A DNA stretch of 64,000 nt from Candidatus Omnitrophota bacterium (lineage in GTDB: Bacteria; Omnitrophota; Omnitrophia; Omnitrophales; Aquincolibacteriaceae). Positions 22,201 through 34,200 of this stretch are shown piece by piece; within the stretch, counting starts at the first letter, position 1; every line of letters starts with the position of its first letter. The DNA is taken from contig JAUYMS010000027.1 in assembly GCA_030698625.1 (NCBI GenBank), positions 103,781-167,780 on the forward strand, read 5' to 3'. The translations under genes and the position numbers were made by a program. A model generated the notes under the pieces. It searched no databases and was not told where the DNA came from. It saw only the letters and a program-made list of their open reading frames with translations.

Positions 22201-25200
22201 CTCCAATACGAGAATCAAGCGCTCGAAGTCCTCGGCAAGCAGCGTCGCATCCGCGCCCTCAAGACGTTTCTTAAGAAAGTCTATGACGGCTTCATTATTC
22301 CCGAGATCCAGCAGCGACTTTCCTGCATCCGGGATACCGGTGGCACCGAAATCGCGGGCGGGAATAAACCAACTGCGGCCGTCATCGACCGCGCCAAGCA
22401 GAATCTGCACATTGACGTTCGGGAGTGACTTCAAAACCTCCGTGAACTGGCTGGCCCCGCGGCCGCCGCGGAGAACCACGATGTTTAGGGGATCGGCAGG
22501 ACTGTGCTGCCGGAGGAAGGCCTCATAATCAAATACGGCATTAAAAATGGTCTCGACCTGCTTGGCATCAAGTCCGAGCGGCGGCGGGTTGCCGCGCAGC
22601 AGATCGAGTCTCGCTTGAAGCAATCGCTTAACTTCGTCCGGGTTCTTCAAAACAGCGTTGTCCTTAATTGTTTGATACAGAAAATCGGGACTTTCGGTCA
22701 GCCCACTCAACGCGGCGTCTCCGACTCGCGCGGTCACCCCCTCGCCTGCGAGCTCCTGAACCAGGCTTGCAATATCTCTGAGCGTTTGCGCCTGCTGCTC
22801 CAGAATCCCCGGCGGGGCATAGAGCTTCGTATAGATCGCGGTTTCCTCACTGGCTCCCAGTCGATCAATTCTCATGACCGGGTCCTCAGACCGAAAGGCA
22901 TTGCGCTCATGCAGGCGAAATTGACCGCCGGTTGAAATGATAATGCCGCCCGGCTTCAAGTAAGACATGAGGTTCTGTGCAATGACACGCGCCTGCCGGT
23001 CTGAAATAGATTTGGGATGAGCCACATCAGAAATAAAGATGATATCCATTTTTTCATCTTCGTTTTGTAATTCCGGTAACGGTTTCTTAAGATCCCAGAG
23101 ATAGCCGTTCACATTGGCTGTGATACCCTTGGTCTTCAGGTTCTGATCCATGGTGCGGAAGTTCTTTGGAAGCGCGTCAACAAGATGAAAATCGCCCACG
23201 GGATACTCGGAAAATTCTTCGACCTCCGCACCGAAGATTCCTGGGCCTGCGATCATGACGCGCGCACCCTCGAGATCGGTCTTGAATGATAAATTCGGGC
23301 CAACGCCTTGATGCGCACGCGCATAGTCCATAAAAGCCGAGAAGTCCCGGTTAATGAAGGTCCATCCCAACCCGTCGGAAGTGGCCGAAATGCCGTCACG
23401 CTCATCGTCGGCGGTGTCTTCGGGCTGAAGATCTAGAAGCGCTTGATCGACCTTCCGCATGCGAATCACCTCTAAATCTGAAAACGGCGCGTCTTCCGTT
23501 TGTATTTCAGAGCGCCGGGCTAGCGGGATAAAGTGTTCCCGGTAAACGGCGTCGGCAGCCTGACGGACGCTCTCGCGGAACTGATTAAAGTCTCTTAGTT
23601 GATCATTGATATACTTCGCCCACTCCAGCTTGTCGGCGGTGGCCGTTCCCATAAGTTTTTCACTCAGCAACAATGCCATTTCGCGGCCGATGACGATATC
23701 CGCACTTTCTCCCGGCACTTCCCCATCTGTTCCCAGAGCCTTGGCAATTTTCAACAAAAGCATAAAGGGCGCATTGTGCTGCTTCCGCAGGGCATTCAGC
23801 GAGGCCTCAACCTCAAGGATCATCTCGTTAGCAATCGCTTGCTTTTCTTCGGTTTTCGTGGCCGAGTCTGCGAGCCGCGTTCTGAGAGTCGAATCATCCT
23901 GCAGCAGCCGGCTTACCTGCTCTCTGCCGAAATCGGGTTTTCCGGCCACAAAGACACTTCCTGTGACGTCGCGCATAAAACGCTTCGCGTCAACATGACT
24001 TCTTTCCTCGAGCATCATGTCCTCGAGCAATACTTTCTTCAAATCCTTCTGATCGCCCTCTCCAAAAGATTCAACCCGCACTCGCATCGTGACATAGTCC
24101 AGTTTGTCCGGTTGTTGACTGAAGGGAAGCATGCGGAATCCCGGACGCCCGGAGTCTCGCTTCATCTTCTGATAGTGGGCGATTATCTCCGCCAGGAACT
24201 CCACTCCGTCTTCGTACAAAGTAATGAAGTCTTCGGTTGCCGATGCGACAACCACTTGATCGACCTTGGTTTTCAGCCTCACAAGGTAAACCGGGACCTC
24301 ATGGCCGGCCTCAGTTGTTACTTGGCGCGTTTCTGCGTCGTTGAAGCGGAGAATGCGGTAAGGTTCCTCGGTGGTGCCCGCTTGTGCAACGATTAGCCCA
24401 TGCGGAAAAAACGTCCTCTGAAAATGCGGGGCAATGTTTGCGGCTTCGACAGCGCCCATCGTGCTGTCCGGACTGATGTCGCTGATATCCGAGAATTTTA
24501 GACCCGGTTCCAAGACACCCAGCGTCTCATCAAACCACGTTATGAATTCCCCTGCCGGCAACTCGCCTGTCTTGAGTCTTTCAGCAAGTGGATCCTGGGT
24601 CGGGAGAAAGACTTCGGAAATCCATTTTTCGATATCGAACTGCACGTGAGAAGGGTCCAGAAGCCGGGCTTCTTTAGCGCCCTGAAGGTATTCGGTGATC
24701 GGGGCAATATGCTGCCGTGAAAGACGCGCCAACCTAAAGACATCTGCGACAGCCCCCTGATTAATATCGCCCGCTCCGTCCAAGAGGGCGATGGCTCTAC
24801 CGCGCTGCGCCTCGTTAACGCGTTTGTTAATCTTTCTGCCCAACCCCGCGATGAGCCCATCCAGAGCTTCTCGTTCTGTTCTCAGCTCCGAGCGGGCACC
24901 TGTGTCCGGCGCCGGGCGCATGAGATCGATTGCGCTAAAAGACGGCTTCGGGGGAAAAACCACTCCGGGGTTGAAGCTCAGCCTGTGCTGACCCATGAAT
25001 CTCTGGAGCCTGTCCGACATCTCTTGACGACCCTCCTGCGCAGCGGGATCCACCTGTCCGTAAAGCGCAAAGATCAACTCGTCCAAGAAATCTTTGGTGG
25101 CTTGATCCGGTGTGAGCACCACGCCTAAGTACTCGCGTTCTATAAACCGGAGGCCCGCCTCGTCTCTCATCTCAATCCCATAGACACTGCGGACGATGCG

Positions 25201-28200
25201 ACCTCGTTTCATTAACTCCAGCGCATCAATCCACTCAACGGCCGTCGGCGGGCGTTTAATTCCTGACTCATCCACCCACTTTGCTTTATTCAAAAAAGAC
25301 TGCAGGTATGTGAAAACAACAACGCGGTACGTGTCGATGTTCACTTCTTCGGCATAAGCCTCCGTCACGTTCCGGTAGTCGCTGTAAAACCTCATCATCG
25401 CCTCGGCGTCAAAACCCGCCGGCCCGGTAAACGGCCTAAGCAGCGGGTCCGTGCTATCGCTCCGGCTGATGTCGGAAAACGAATCCGTCTCTGACATAAA
25501 CTCGTTTGGAAGTTGTGTGCGGAGTTTTACGTCGTTGAGGAGATTAAAGTAGGGCATATCATACTCGCGCATTCTATCGACACGCGGAACGCTCAGGGAG
25601 TGATCGAGCAGCGCCCGCCGCCACGACTGCGGCAATTTGTCGTAGCCCGGGATACTTGAGATGCGCTGATAGGTTCGAAAACCATCCATATCGTAATCGT
25701 AGTTATACTCCGTATGATTATCCAAGATGTCGAGTTCGCTTGAGTCCTGAAACTCTGCGGGACTGAAGGCATTATCTAAGACATCAAAAACTGACTCTCT
25801 GTTTGTATTAAAAATGTGCGGGTCGTTAGTGTTGGCTTGTTTTCTCTCGAGGTAGTACTCATGGACTTCTGCAACTTTCGCATCAATCAGGTTTGCCGCA
25901 AAACGGCCGGGCACATTGAAAGCATTCCAAGCAACAATCGCGGCAATGATCAGGGCGCCGACACCTGTCAGCAGCCCAAAGAATAGCCGCTTTCGCCAAT
26001 TGCGCTTCCTGATTCTCTGCTCAGCCGCCCGGTCACCATTCCGCAGACCGTACTGGTCAAGCGTCTTGTTCAGCTCACCTTCAGCATTTTCACTGTTGAC
26101 GTTAACAAAGAAGGGAAAATTATAAGCCTCGTCACTCGCGTCGCCCAAAAAGATCCTGTCAGGCGAACTGAACTTCGTCTTATCCAACACAATGGGTTCT
26201 TCGAGCTCACCGGTAAAGACACCCTCGGCCATCTTTAAGCGGTTCCCGGTGATCCCCTGAACGTCGATGTTTAGGCCGGAAAAAAGGTCCGAGACTTCCG
26301 GGGTTGCCAGGAACTTTTCAAAAAGCCCTTCAATGCCGCGCACGACAAATCGGAGCTTGATTTTCTTATTCGGCCCGAAATGATCGCGGACTTGCTTGAG
26401 CGCCTTGACATAGTTCGGGTTGAGTTTCCATTCGGCGACGAGTGTATCGTAATGCTCCTCGCGCAGATGCCCGGCAAAGACGCTGTAATAATTGCGCATG
26501 TGCTCTTCGTTGAAGTCACCGCTTATACGCGCTAGCACGTATTGCTTGCGGGCGGCCTCAAACTCCGCGAGAAACCGGTCTGCCGCGGCATCGCTTTCTT
26601 TCTCGCGTATGCCGTCGGCCACGATATGCTGCAGCTTTCTGGCCTGCTCATCGTAAGAAAGGGTCAGGGTCTCTTCGATATCGCTGTCAATCTCGACAAC
26701 CGCTTCGGTCGCACGCGCGTCCGATGGCTCGGCGCGCAACTCGGAACGCGCAGGCCGCAACTGAACGCCCGCTTCCAAACGGCTCGTCACCTGCTCCTGC
26801 CCTTTCTGAGCCGTCCGCCAATCGGTCTTAGCTTTCGCAAAGTGCTCGCCCATGGCAATAATCTCGGGGCCGTACTTTCGGATCGCAAGAGGGTCGGTAG
26901 CAAAACTTGCGATAATGCGGGTCATTTTTGCCGCAGACGGCCGCGGTTCGCTGCGCCACATGTGATGCATGCGGATCCCGAATCGGAGAATCGTCTCGCG
27001 CTTGGTTCGCTTGAGCTCGACGCCGTTACGCGTGACGGCTTTACCTTCGCCGTCGACCACCGTCTGCAGAGTCTTGTCCGCAAAAAGATTCGTCAGGTTT
27101 GTGAGCCGTTTGCCGGGCTCTTTCCAACCATCGATTAAGAGGTTGGTTGTCGTTCCGATGACGGCGCCGACCTGAATCGCACCGGTCCTTTCGTCATCAA
27201 AATTGAAGCCCTTGGCCCACATCGGGTGCTCGGTCATCGCTCCGAACAGCTGCCGTACGTGTTCCTGTATATTGGGGCGCAAAAACTGTTCTTCATCCTG
27301 CGGCACCGAAGAGAGGGCGAGAATGAGCTTCCAGTATTTCATGGGAATCTCAAGCCGCCGCCGTGCGCCGTTGGATCCGTTAATCACACCCGAGTCCTGC
27401 CGGCTATTGCGATTCAGCTTTCGTCCCCAAAATGTTGCGAGGGGTCCTTCGATTGCCTCTCGATCCTGGTACAACTGTCTTAACGCAGCGATGTCGTAAC
27501 CGTTTTCGGCCATTTCGCGCACCGCAGTGTAATGGCGCCCGATATCGAGACCGAATGCCGTTCGAACCGCAAGTGTCCGGGTATGGTTGTGAAGCACGTC
27601 GAAGGGGTCGTTGCCGCGTTTGTCGAAAGCGCGTTGGGCGTTTGCGCGCAGACGGATCGCATCGCCGGGTAGAGTATCCGCATAATTGATTTTGAGCAGT
27701 TCTCCCGGCGGCAGGCGCGGGATGTCACTTAGGGTCCGGCTTCCGGAATAAGTCAGGAGCATAGAATACCTCCCGGCAAGCACGTCCGCGAGAATGCGTC
27801 TCATTCTCGGGTCATCGCTGCCGCGGTAATAGGCATCAATGAAACCCGTTTTGCGTAATTTCGCGATCGTATCAACGGTGTTTACGAAGAGCCCTCGCTC
27901 GATCGCGCTCTGCGGTGAGGTGGAACCCTTCGGCCACAGCGAGCGCTCCGCAAGAATTTGAAAAAATATTGCCTTGGACACGTCCTCGGCATCCAGGATC
28001 GGCAGGCGATAGGTATTCCGGCTGTCGCCTGGCATACGCCGAGCGAGATTTGGGTATTCAGTTGCAAAAAGCCGCCGCAGCTTCAGTTCCTGGGCGGCAT
28101 AAACCTCGTTCCACAGGACGTAAGTGGAAGTCATGAAGTACACATTCATGAACTCCTCATTGATGATCCGTTCGAACTGTTCGGCTTCACGGATGTTGAA

Positions 28201-31200
28201 ATGCTTGTTATTGAGCGAGGCCCGCAGTTTCGGGTAGAAGTTTTTCGGCAGGTACCAATGCAAGGGTCCGCGCGGAAATAATTCCGGATGCCCTATGCGC
28301 TCGAGGTACCGGTGATTGTATTCCATGATGCCGGTCATCATGACAAAGGACCAGTAGCTCTTGAACTTGACTTTATCGACACCCTTCCACTGGCTGTCGA
28401 GCAACACCCATTCGTCGTCGCTTAGCACGTTGTGGAACGGAAGACCTCGCCAAAGGTCCGGCAGATCTTCGTCTTTGGTAATCTCGCCGCGTTTCACCAT
28501 GGACGCTAGGGAGATTTGCGCTTCTTTTTGTGCAGACTTTATGGAGTCGACGAACAATTTCCATTTCCATGCAGATTTTCCATCCCGGTAATCGGTACCG
28601 ATGATCTGCATCCAAGGCACAAGGGCTTTGGTCACCCAATCCTCGGCGGTCAGGGTCTCTCCCTTCTTGAGGGAAAACCCCTCGCCGTTCTCGCCAAAAA
28701 TGGCACGGGCATACACTTCGAGGTGTTTGGCATCAGCGGCTGCGGCCTCATGACTGAGCTGGTACTTGGGATCTTTGGACTGGCTTAACTTTAAAATCTG
28801 AACCATCACTGCGTACTCATCTTCAGTCAAGTCAATGCCGTTGCGGCGAGCAAAATCCATGACGGTTTTTTCACCGGCTGTCGGGCCTTGCTTTACAGGA
28901 GCGACGACTGTCGGCTTCGCCGGCGCCACGTCCCTCGCTTTGGGTCTCTTCGCCTCGACCTCCTTCGCTATCGGTTTTACGATCTGCTCTACGACTACCG
29001 GCGGCGGCAGCGGTTTGCCGGGCTCCGGATCCGGGCCGATTCTGCCGGTGAGAGCCGCAAAGAAGAGGAAAGCGCCGGCGAAAGCGGCGATCCCTAAAGT
29101 CCGTGCGGATCTGAAGATGTTGCGCAATTCGGAGCGAGCAGGTGTCTGCAAACGCACCCCGGTTTCCAGCCGGCTCGTCACCTGCTCTTGGTCCTGCTGT
29201 GCGGTCTGCCAGTCGGTCTTCGCCTTCACTAGATGTTCGCCCATCGCAATAATCTCGGGCCCGTATTTGCGAATCGCCAGCGCATCCGTCTCAAAACTTG
29301 CAACGATTCGGTCCATTTCCGCGCCGGTAGGCCGCGGCTCTCCGCGCCACATGTGATGCATGCGGATGCCAAACCGGAGAATCGTCTCCCGCTTGGTTCG
29401 CTCAAGGGCCACTCCGTCGCGTATGACCGGATCCCCCATGCCGTCAACAACCGGCTGCAGGGCTTCATCGGCGAAAATTGCGGTGAGACGCTCAAGACGC
29501 GCGGCGGGGTCCTTCCACCCTTCTATTAAGAGATTGGTCGTCGTTCCGATAACGGCGCCGACTTGAATGGCACCGGTCCTTTCGTCGTCAAAATTAAAGC
29601 CCTTATCCCACATGGGGTGTTCGGTCATCGCCCCGAAAAGCCGGCGGACATGTTCTTGAATGTTCGGGCGAAGGTTCGCCTCGTTACCTTCGGGAATCGA
29701 AGACAGGGTAAGAATGAGCTGCCAGTACTCCATGGGAATATTTAGCCGCCGGCGTGCGCCGTTGGAACCGTTGATGACACCCGAATCCTGACGTCCGTTA
29801 CGGTTCAGCTGACGGCCCCAAAACATTTCGAGAGGGTCTTCGATGGCCGCCCGTTCGCCGTACAGTTGGCGCAGGGCGTCAATGTCATAGCCGTTTTCGG
29901 CCATCTCGCGGACACCCGTATAATGACGCCCGATGTCGAGACTGAATGCCGTTCTTACCGAAAGTGTGCGAATCCAGGTGCGGAGTATTTGAAACCGGTC
30001 ATCGATCGGTTCCTCGGCCGCCTGTTCGGCCCTTACGCGTAAACGGATCGCGTCGGCCGGAAGGGTGTTTGCGAAGTCGATACCCAGAATAGTCTCGGGC
30101 CTCACCGCCGGAAGAGCACGAATAAGTTTGTAACCAGGATAGGTATTGATCTCTGAGTAGTTCCCGGCAAGCGTATCTCTTAGGATCTGTCTGAGCACCG
30201 GATCATCGCTTGGCCGGTAGTAGTCATCGATGAATCCCGCTGCCCGCAGCCGGCTGATCGTCTCTACCGTTCTGCGGAAAATTCCGCTGTCGATGACATC
30301 CTTCGAAGACGCCGCCCCTTCCGGCCAAAGCGAGCGCTCGGCAAAAATCTGATAAAAGATCGCCTTCGACACATCCTCCGCCTGCAGGACCTGACTACGG
30401 GAATAGTTTTCAGGATCGCCCGGCATCCTGCTGCCCAGATTGGGGTACTCATTCCGCAGAAGGTACCGCAAGCTGACTTCCTCGGTCTGGTACAGGTCTT
30501 TTAAAATCTCAACGTGGGTGGTCATGAAATACACGTTCATGAACTGCTCATTGAGCATCCGCTCGAAAGGATCTGCCTCCATCACATCAAAATGCTGATT
30601 GTTAAGAGATGGGGTCATCTTGTGATAAAAGTTTTCCGGGAGGTACCAGTGCAAGGGTCCGCGCTCAAACAGCCAGCCCTCGCCCAAGCTCTCGAGATAG
30701 CGGTGATTGTATTCCATGGTTCCGGTCATCATGACAAACGCCCAATAACTCTTGAATTTGACCTTGTCGATACCCTCCCATTGGCTGTCGAGAAGTGCCC
30801 ACTCGTCGTCGGTGAGCACGTTGTGAAAGGGAAGACCGCGCCATAAATCCGGGATGTCTTCATCTCGGGTGATCTCGCCGCGCTCGACCATGGCGGTGAG
30901 GTTTTCACGCGCGGCAGCCCGGGCACTCTGTATGGATTCCACAAAGAGTTTCCACTTCGGGGAAGATTCATTGTAGTCGGCGCCGATAATCATCATCCAC
31001 GGAACAAGGCCCTTTGCGACCCAGTCTTCGGCCGTAAGGGTTTCGCCGGGGTTCAGGGAAAACCCTTCTCCCTCTTCACCAAAGATTGTCTCGGCCGCCG
31101 CAATCAAATGCCGCGTTCCCGCCGCTGCCGTTTCGTGCTGTACCTGGTAATTGGGGTTTCTCGATTGGCTTTCTTTGAGGACCTGAACCATGGTGTCATA

Positions 31201-34200
31201 GGCTTCCAGGCTGAAGTCGATACCATGCCTGCGCGCGATCTCAGCCACGGCCCGCTGACCTTCGGTCGGCCCTTCAGCAACGGGTACCGCTGCTTCGACT
31301 GCCGGTGCTTCAACCGCCGGCGACAGCGCGGGCGCTGGTGCAACCGCGGCAACGGGAGGTTCTGGTTTCTCGGGTTCCTCAACAACGACAGCGGGCGGTA
31401 TCGGTGCGGCCGCTTCAGGTATCCTCTCATCGCCGGTCCTGCTTGCAAAGATACCAAATGTGACGGCAGCGGCTACGGTAATGCCCAATGCGGCGCGCGC
31501 GAACTTGCTCCTTAATCCGGCGCGTAACTCGGAGCGTGCGATATAGGGCTCCAATTGAGGGCCCGCACGCCGAAGCACTCGTTGAAGCACTTGCTTGACG
31601 GCAATGCGTCTTTGGTAAAGGGCCCCCCTGAGGTTGCTAACGCCTAAAAGGGATTCAACGTCAGCGCCTGTTTCCTGAAGGCTTACGTTCTTCAGATCAC
31701 TGAACAGATGCGACGCGGCGCGCACGCGCTTAAAGAAAACCCTCGCCTCGTAAAGAATTTGCGCTTCGCTTTTGGCTTTCGAAAGAAAGCCGCTATCTTC
31801 GAGCGCATTCAAAAGATCACTAAAATTTCCTTCACTCCAATCCCACTGTTCCATGCCGTTAAGAATGCGGCCGAGATAAGCCAAAAGACTGATGTCTTGA
31901 GCTCCATAGGTCCCCAGTTTGGGATCAAACTCATCTGTGGGTAATAGGCCCTGGTCACGGATAGTCCGCATATAGTCGACGAGATATTGTTCGACGTCGA
32001 TCCGGGAACCCTGGTCTACGATGACCTCAATCTGCGCACGCTGTCTATCCGTAAGTATTTCTCTGCCGATTCGATCAAATACTTCATCAGCGCCTAGACT
32101 TTCCGCTTCCATCCGGTCGAGTCGCCGGTTAATTCTCGTGACTTGCCGCAAAGGAAGACCAAAGGTCATTTGCCGCTGAAGCAGTTTTGACCTTACTTCT
32201 GCCACAGCAGACTGATATTCTTCATAGACTCGTGCATTCCCTGCGATAAACCGCGCATCTAATAAGCTGCGAATTCCGATGCCTTCGACTGTCTCCAGAC
32301 TACTGATCATTTCGGAAACCGTCGGCGCATAAGGCTTATTGACTGCGCGCGGACGGGCCGGGAAGTCGACGACACCGACGACGACGCCGATGGCATCGGC
32401 CATGGCCGTCAGCGCCCGGGATCCCTGCACAGTTTTATTCTTGGCCAGAACCAGCAGATCGATATCCGCCGTGCCGTAGGCCGGGTCCTTGCGCGCCATA
32501 CTGCCCAGAAGGGCAACGCTGATTTCCTCTTCGAGCCCGAATGCAGCCACCATGTCGACAACAAATCGTTCCAGTAATTCTGCGTATTTCCGTTCAAAAA
32601 AGTCCAGGTTCTGCAGCGATTCTACCGCCTTGCTTTTCAAGGCGCTCAACTCGCGCTGCAATGCTTCCTGCCTCTCCCGCACACTCGCGTCCGTTCTGAG
32701 TTCGGAGCGGTCGGCGCTCTCGTCGTCGGCGAGCATCGCTGCTTTTCTTTCGTGCCGGTAAAAACTGCGGCGGTAAGTACTGCGAATGGCTTCTACCTGA
32801 ACTTTTGTCGGGCCAATAAACGGCAGAAGAAGCGGTTGATAATCATAAAGCGGCAGGCCCGGGTAGCCCCAAAGTCGTAACCCCACACGCCAAAGCGCGC
32901 GGCCCACAAAAAACAACCACTCCCCGAAGACCTGATACCAGCGCCGCTTTGCCGTTAGCGATGGCTTCAGATACGAATGGTCTCCGTAAACCAAGAGATC
33001 CCACTCACCCGTTTTGGGATCATAGCTAAAGGCCGAGATGCCGACATTCGGCATATGACCCATGAGCTCCATCGTGGCCTTACGTTTCTCAAAGGGAATG
33101 CTCAAAAGCATCATGGTAATGGTAAGAATGGTGAGGCCGTGGCTGCTTATAAGGATGTTCTTCCCTTTGCCTTTTTGGATCTCTTCAAAGAGTTCCCGCA
33201 AATAATTAACCGTGTATCCGCCTGAAAATCCTTCGGTCTCAAATTCTTCTAGATTCACGTTCATGTGCTGGATTAAATCGGCATAAAGATCATAAATCAA
33301 TTCCCGGGCCACGCCGCCCACAGGATGCGTCCCCATTTCATTGAGCCGCTTCTTCACTTGCTGAAAGAGCTCTTGGTCCTTCGCGACAGGCTCAGCGGTT
33401 TTGAAAGAGCGCTCTAGGCGGCCGGAGATGACGCGGTCAAACTTGATGTGCTTTCGCGAGCGGAAAAAATTCCGGAACCCCCGCCCCTGAATCAACCCGC
33501 GCCATGTCGGCGGAGAAAAAGTGAGGTCCGACTGCGTGTAATCGAAGAGGTTCGACGTCGCTTCGACATGCCTGCCGACAACAATGAGGACGCGGTCCGG
33601 ATTTTCTGCCCGCCACGCTTCATACGGTTCTTTATCGAGAAGCGCCGCCGCAGTCGGGTATTTTGTCGGGGTCAGCCGCTCAATCTCCTCTTTGGAAAGA
33701 TCCGTCTCGCGCAACTCTGAGCGGCCGCGGGGACGGAAGCGCTTGCGCTCATGGAAGCGATCGCGTATTCCCGTAAGGCGTCGTGAACGCGACAGCGGCA
33801 GCATGTCGGCAACGTCGTCGGCGATTCCGAATTTCAGAAAGACGATGTTGACGATAACGGTTCCCGCAAAGAGGGCGATCGCGAGAATGAACCTGCGGCT
33901 CGCCGACTCAAAGGGCGCTTTAATCTCCGCGTCGACTTCCGCGTAATAACCCTCGGCTTTTTTGCGGGCCGTCTGCATCAGCGTCTCGACATCATCGCGT
34001 TGTGTCTCGTATTTATCGCCGTCGTCAAAGAGGTTAAGGCCAAGCCAGGAATCCGTTTTCACCCAGTCGTCGGTGGGAAGGGTGTCGCGTATCCTGCGAG
34101 ATTCGTTGTAAATGTCTTCGGCCTGCCAGACGTTGAACGGGGCCTCTCCGGGAACGGCCTCCGCCGTGCGTGTTCCTAGGTCCTTCGCTTTGGCGGCCGC

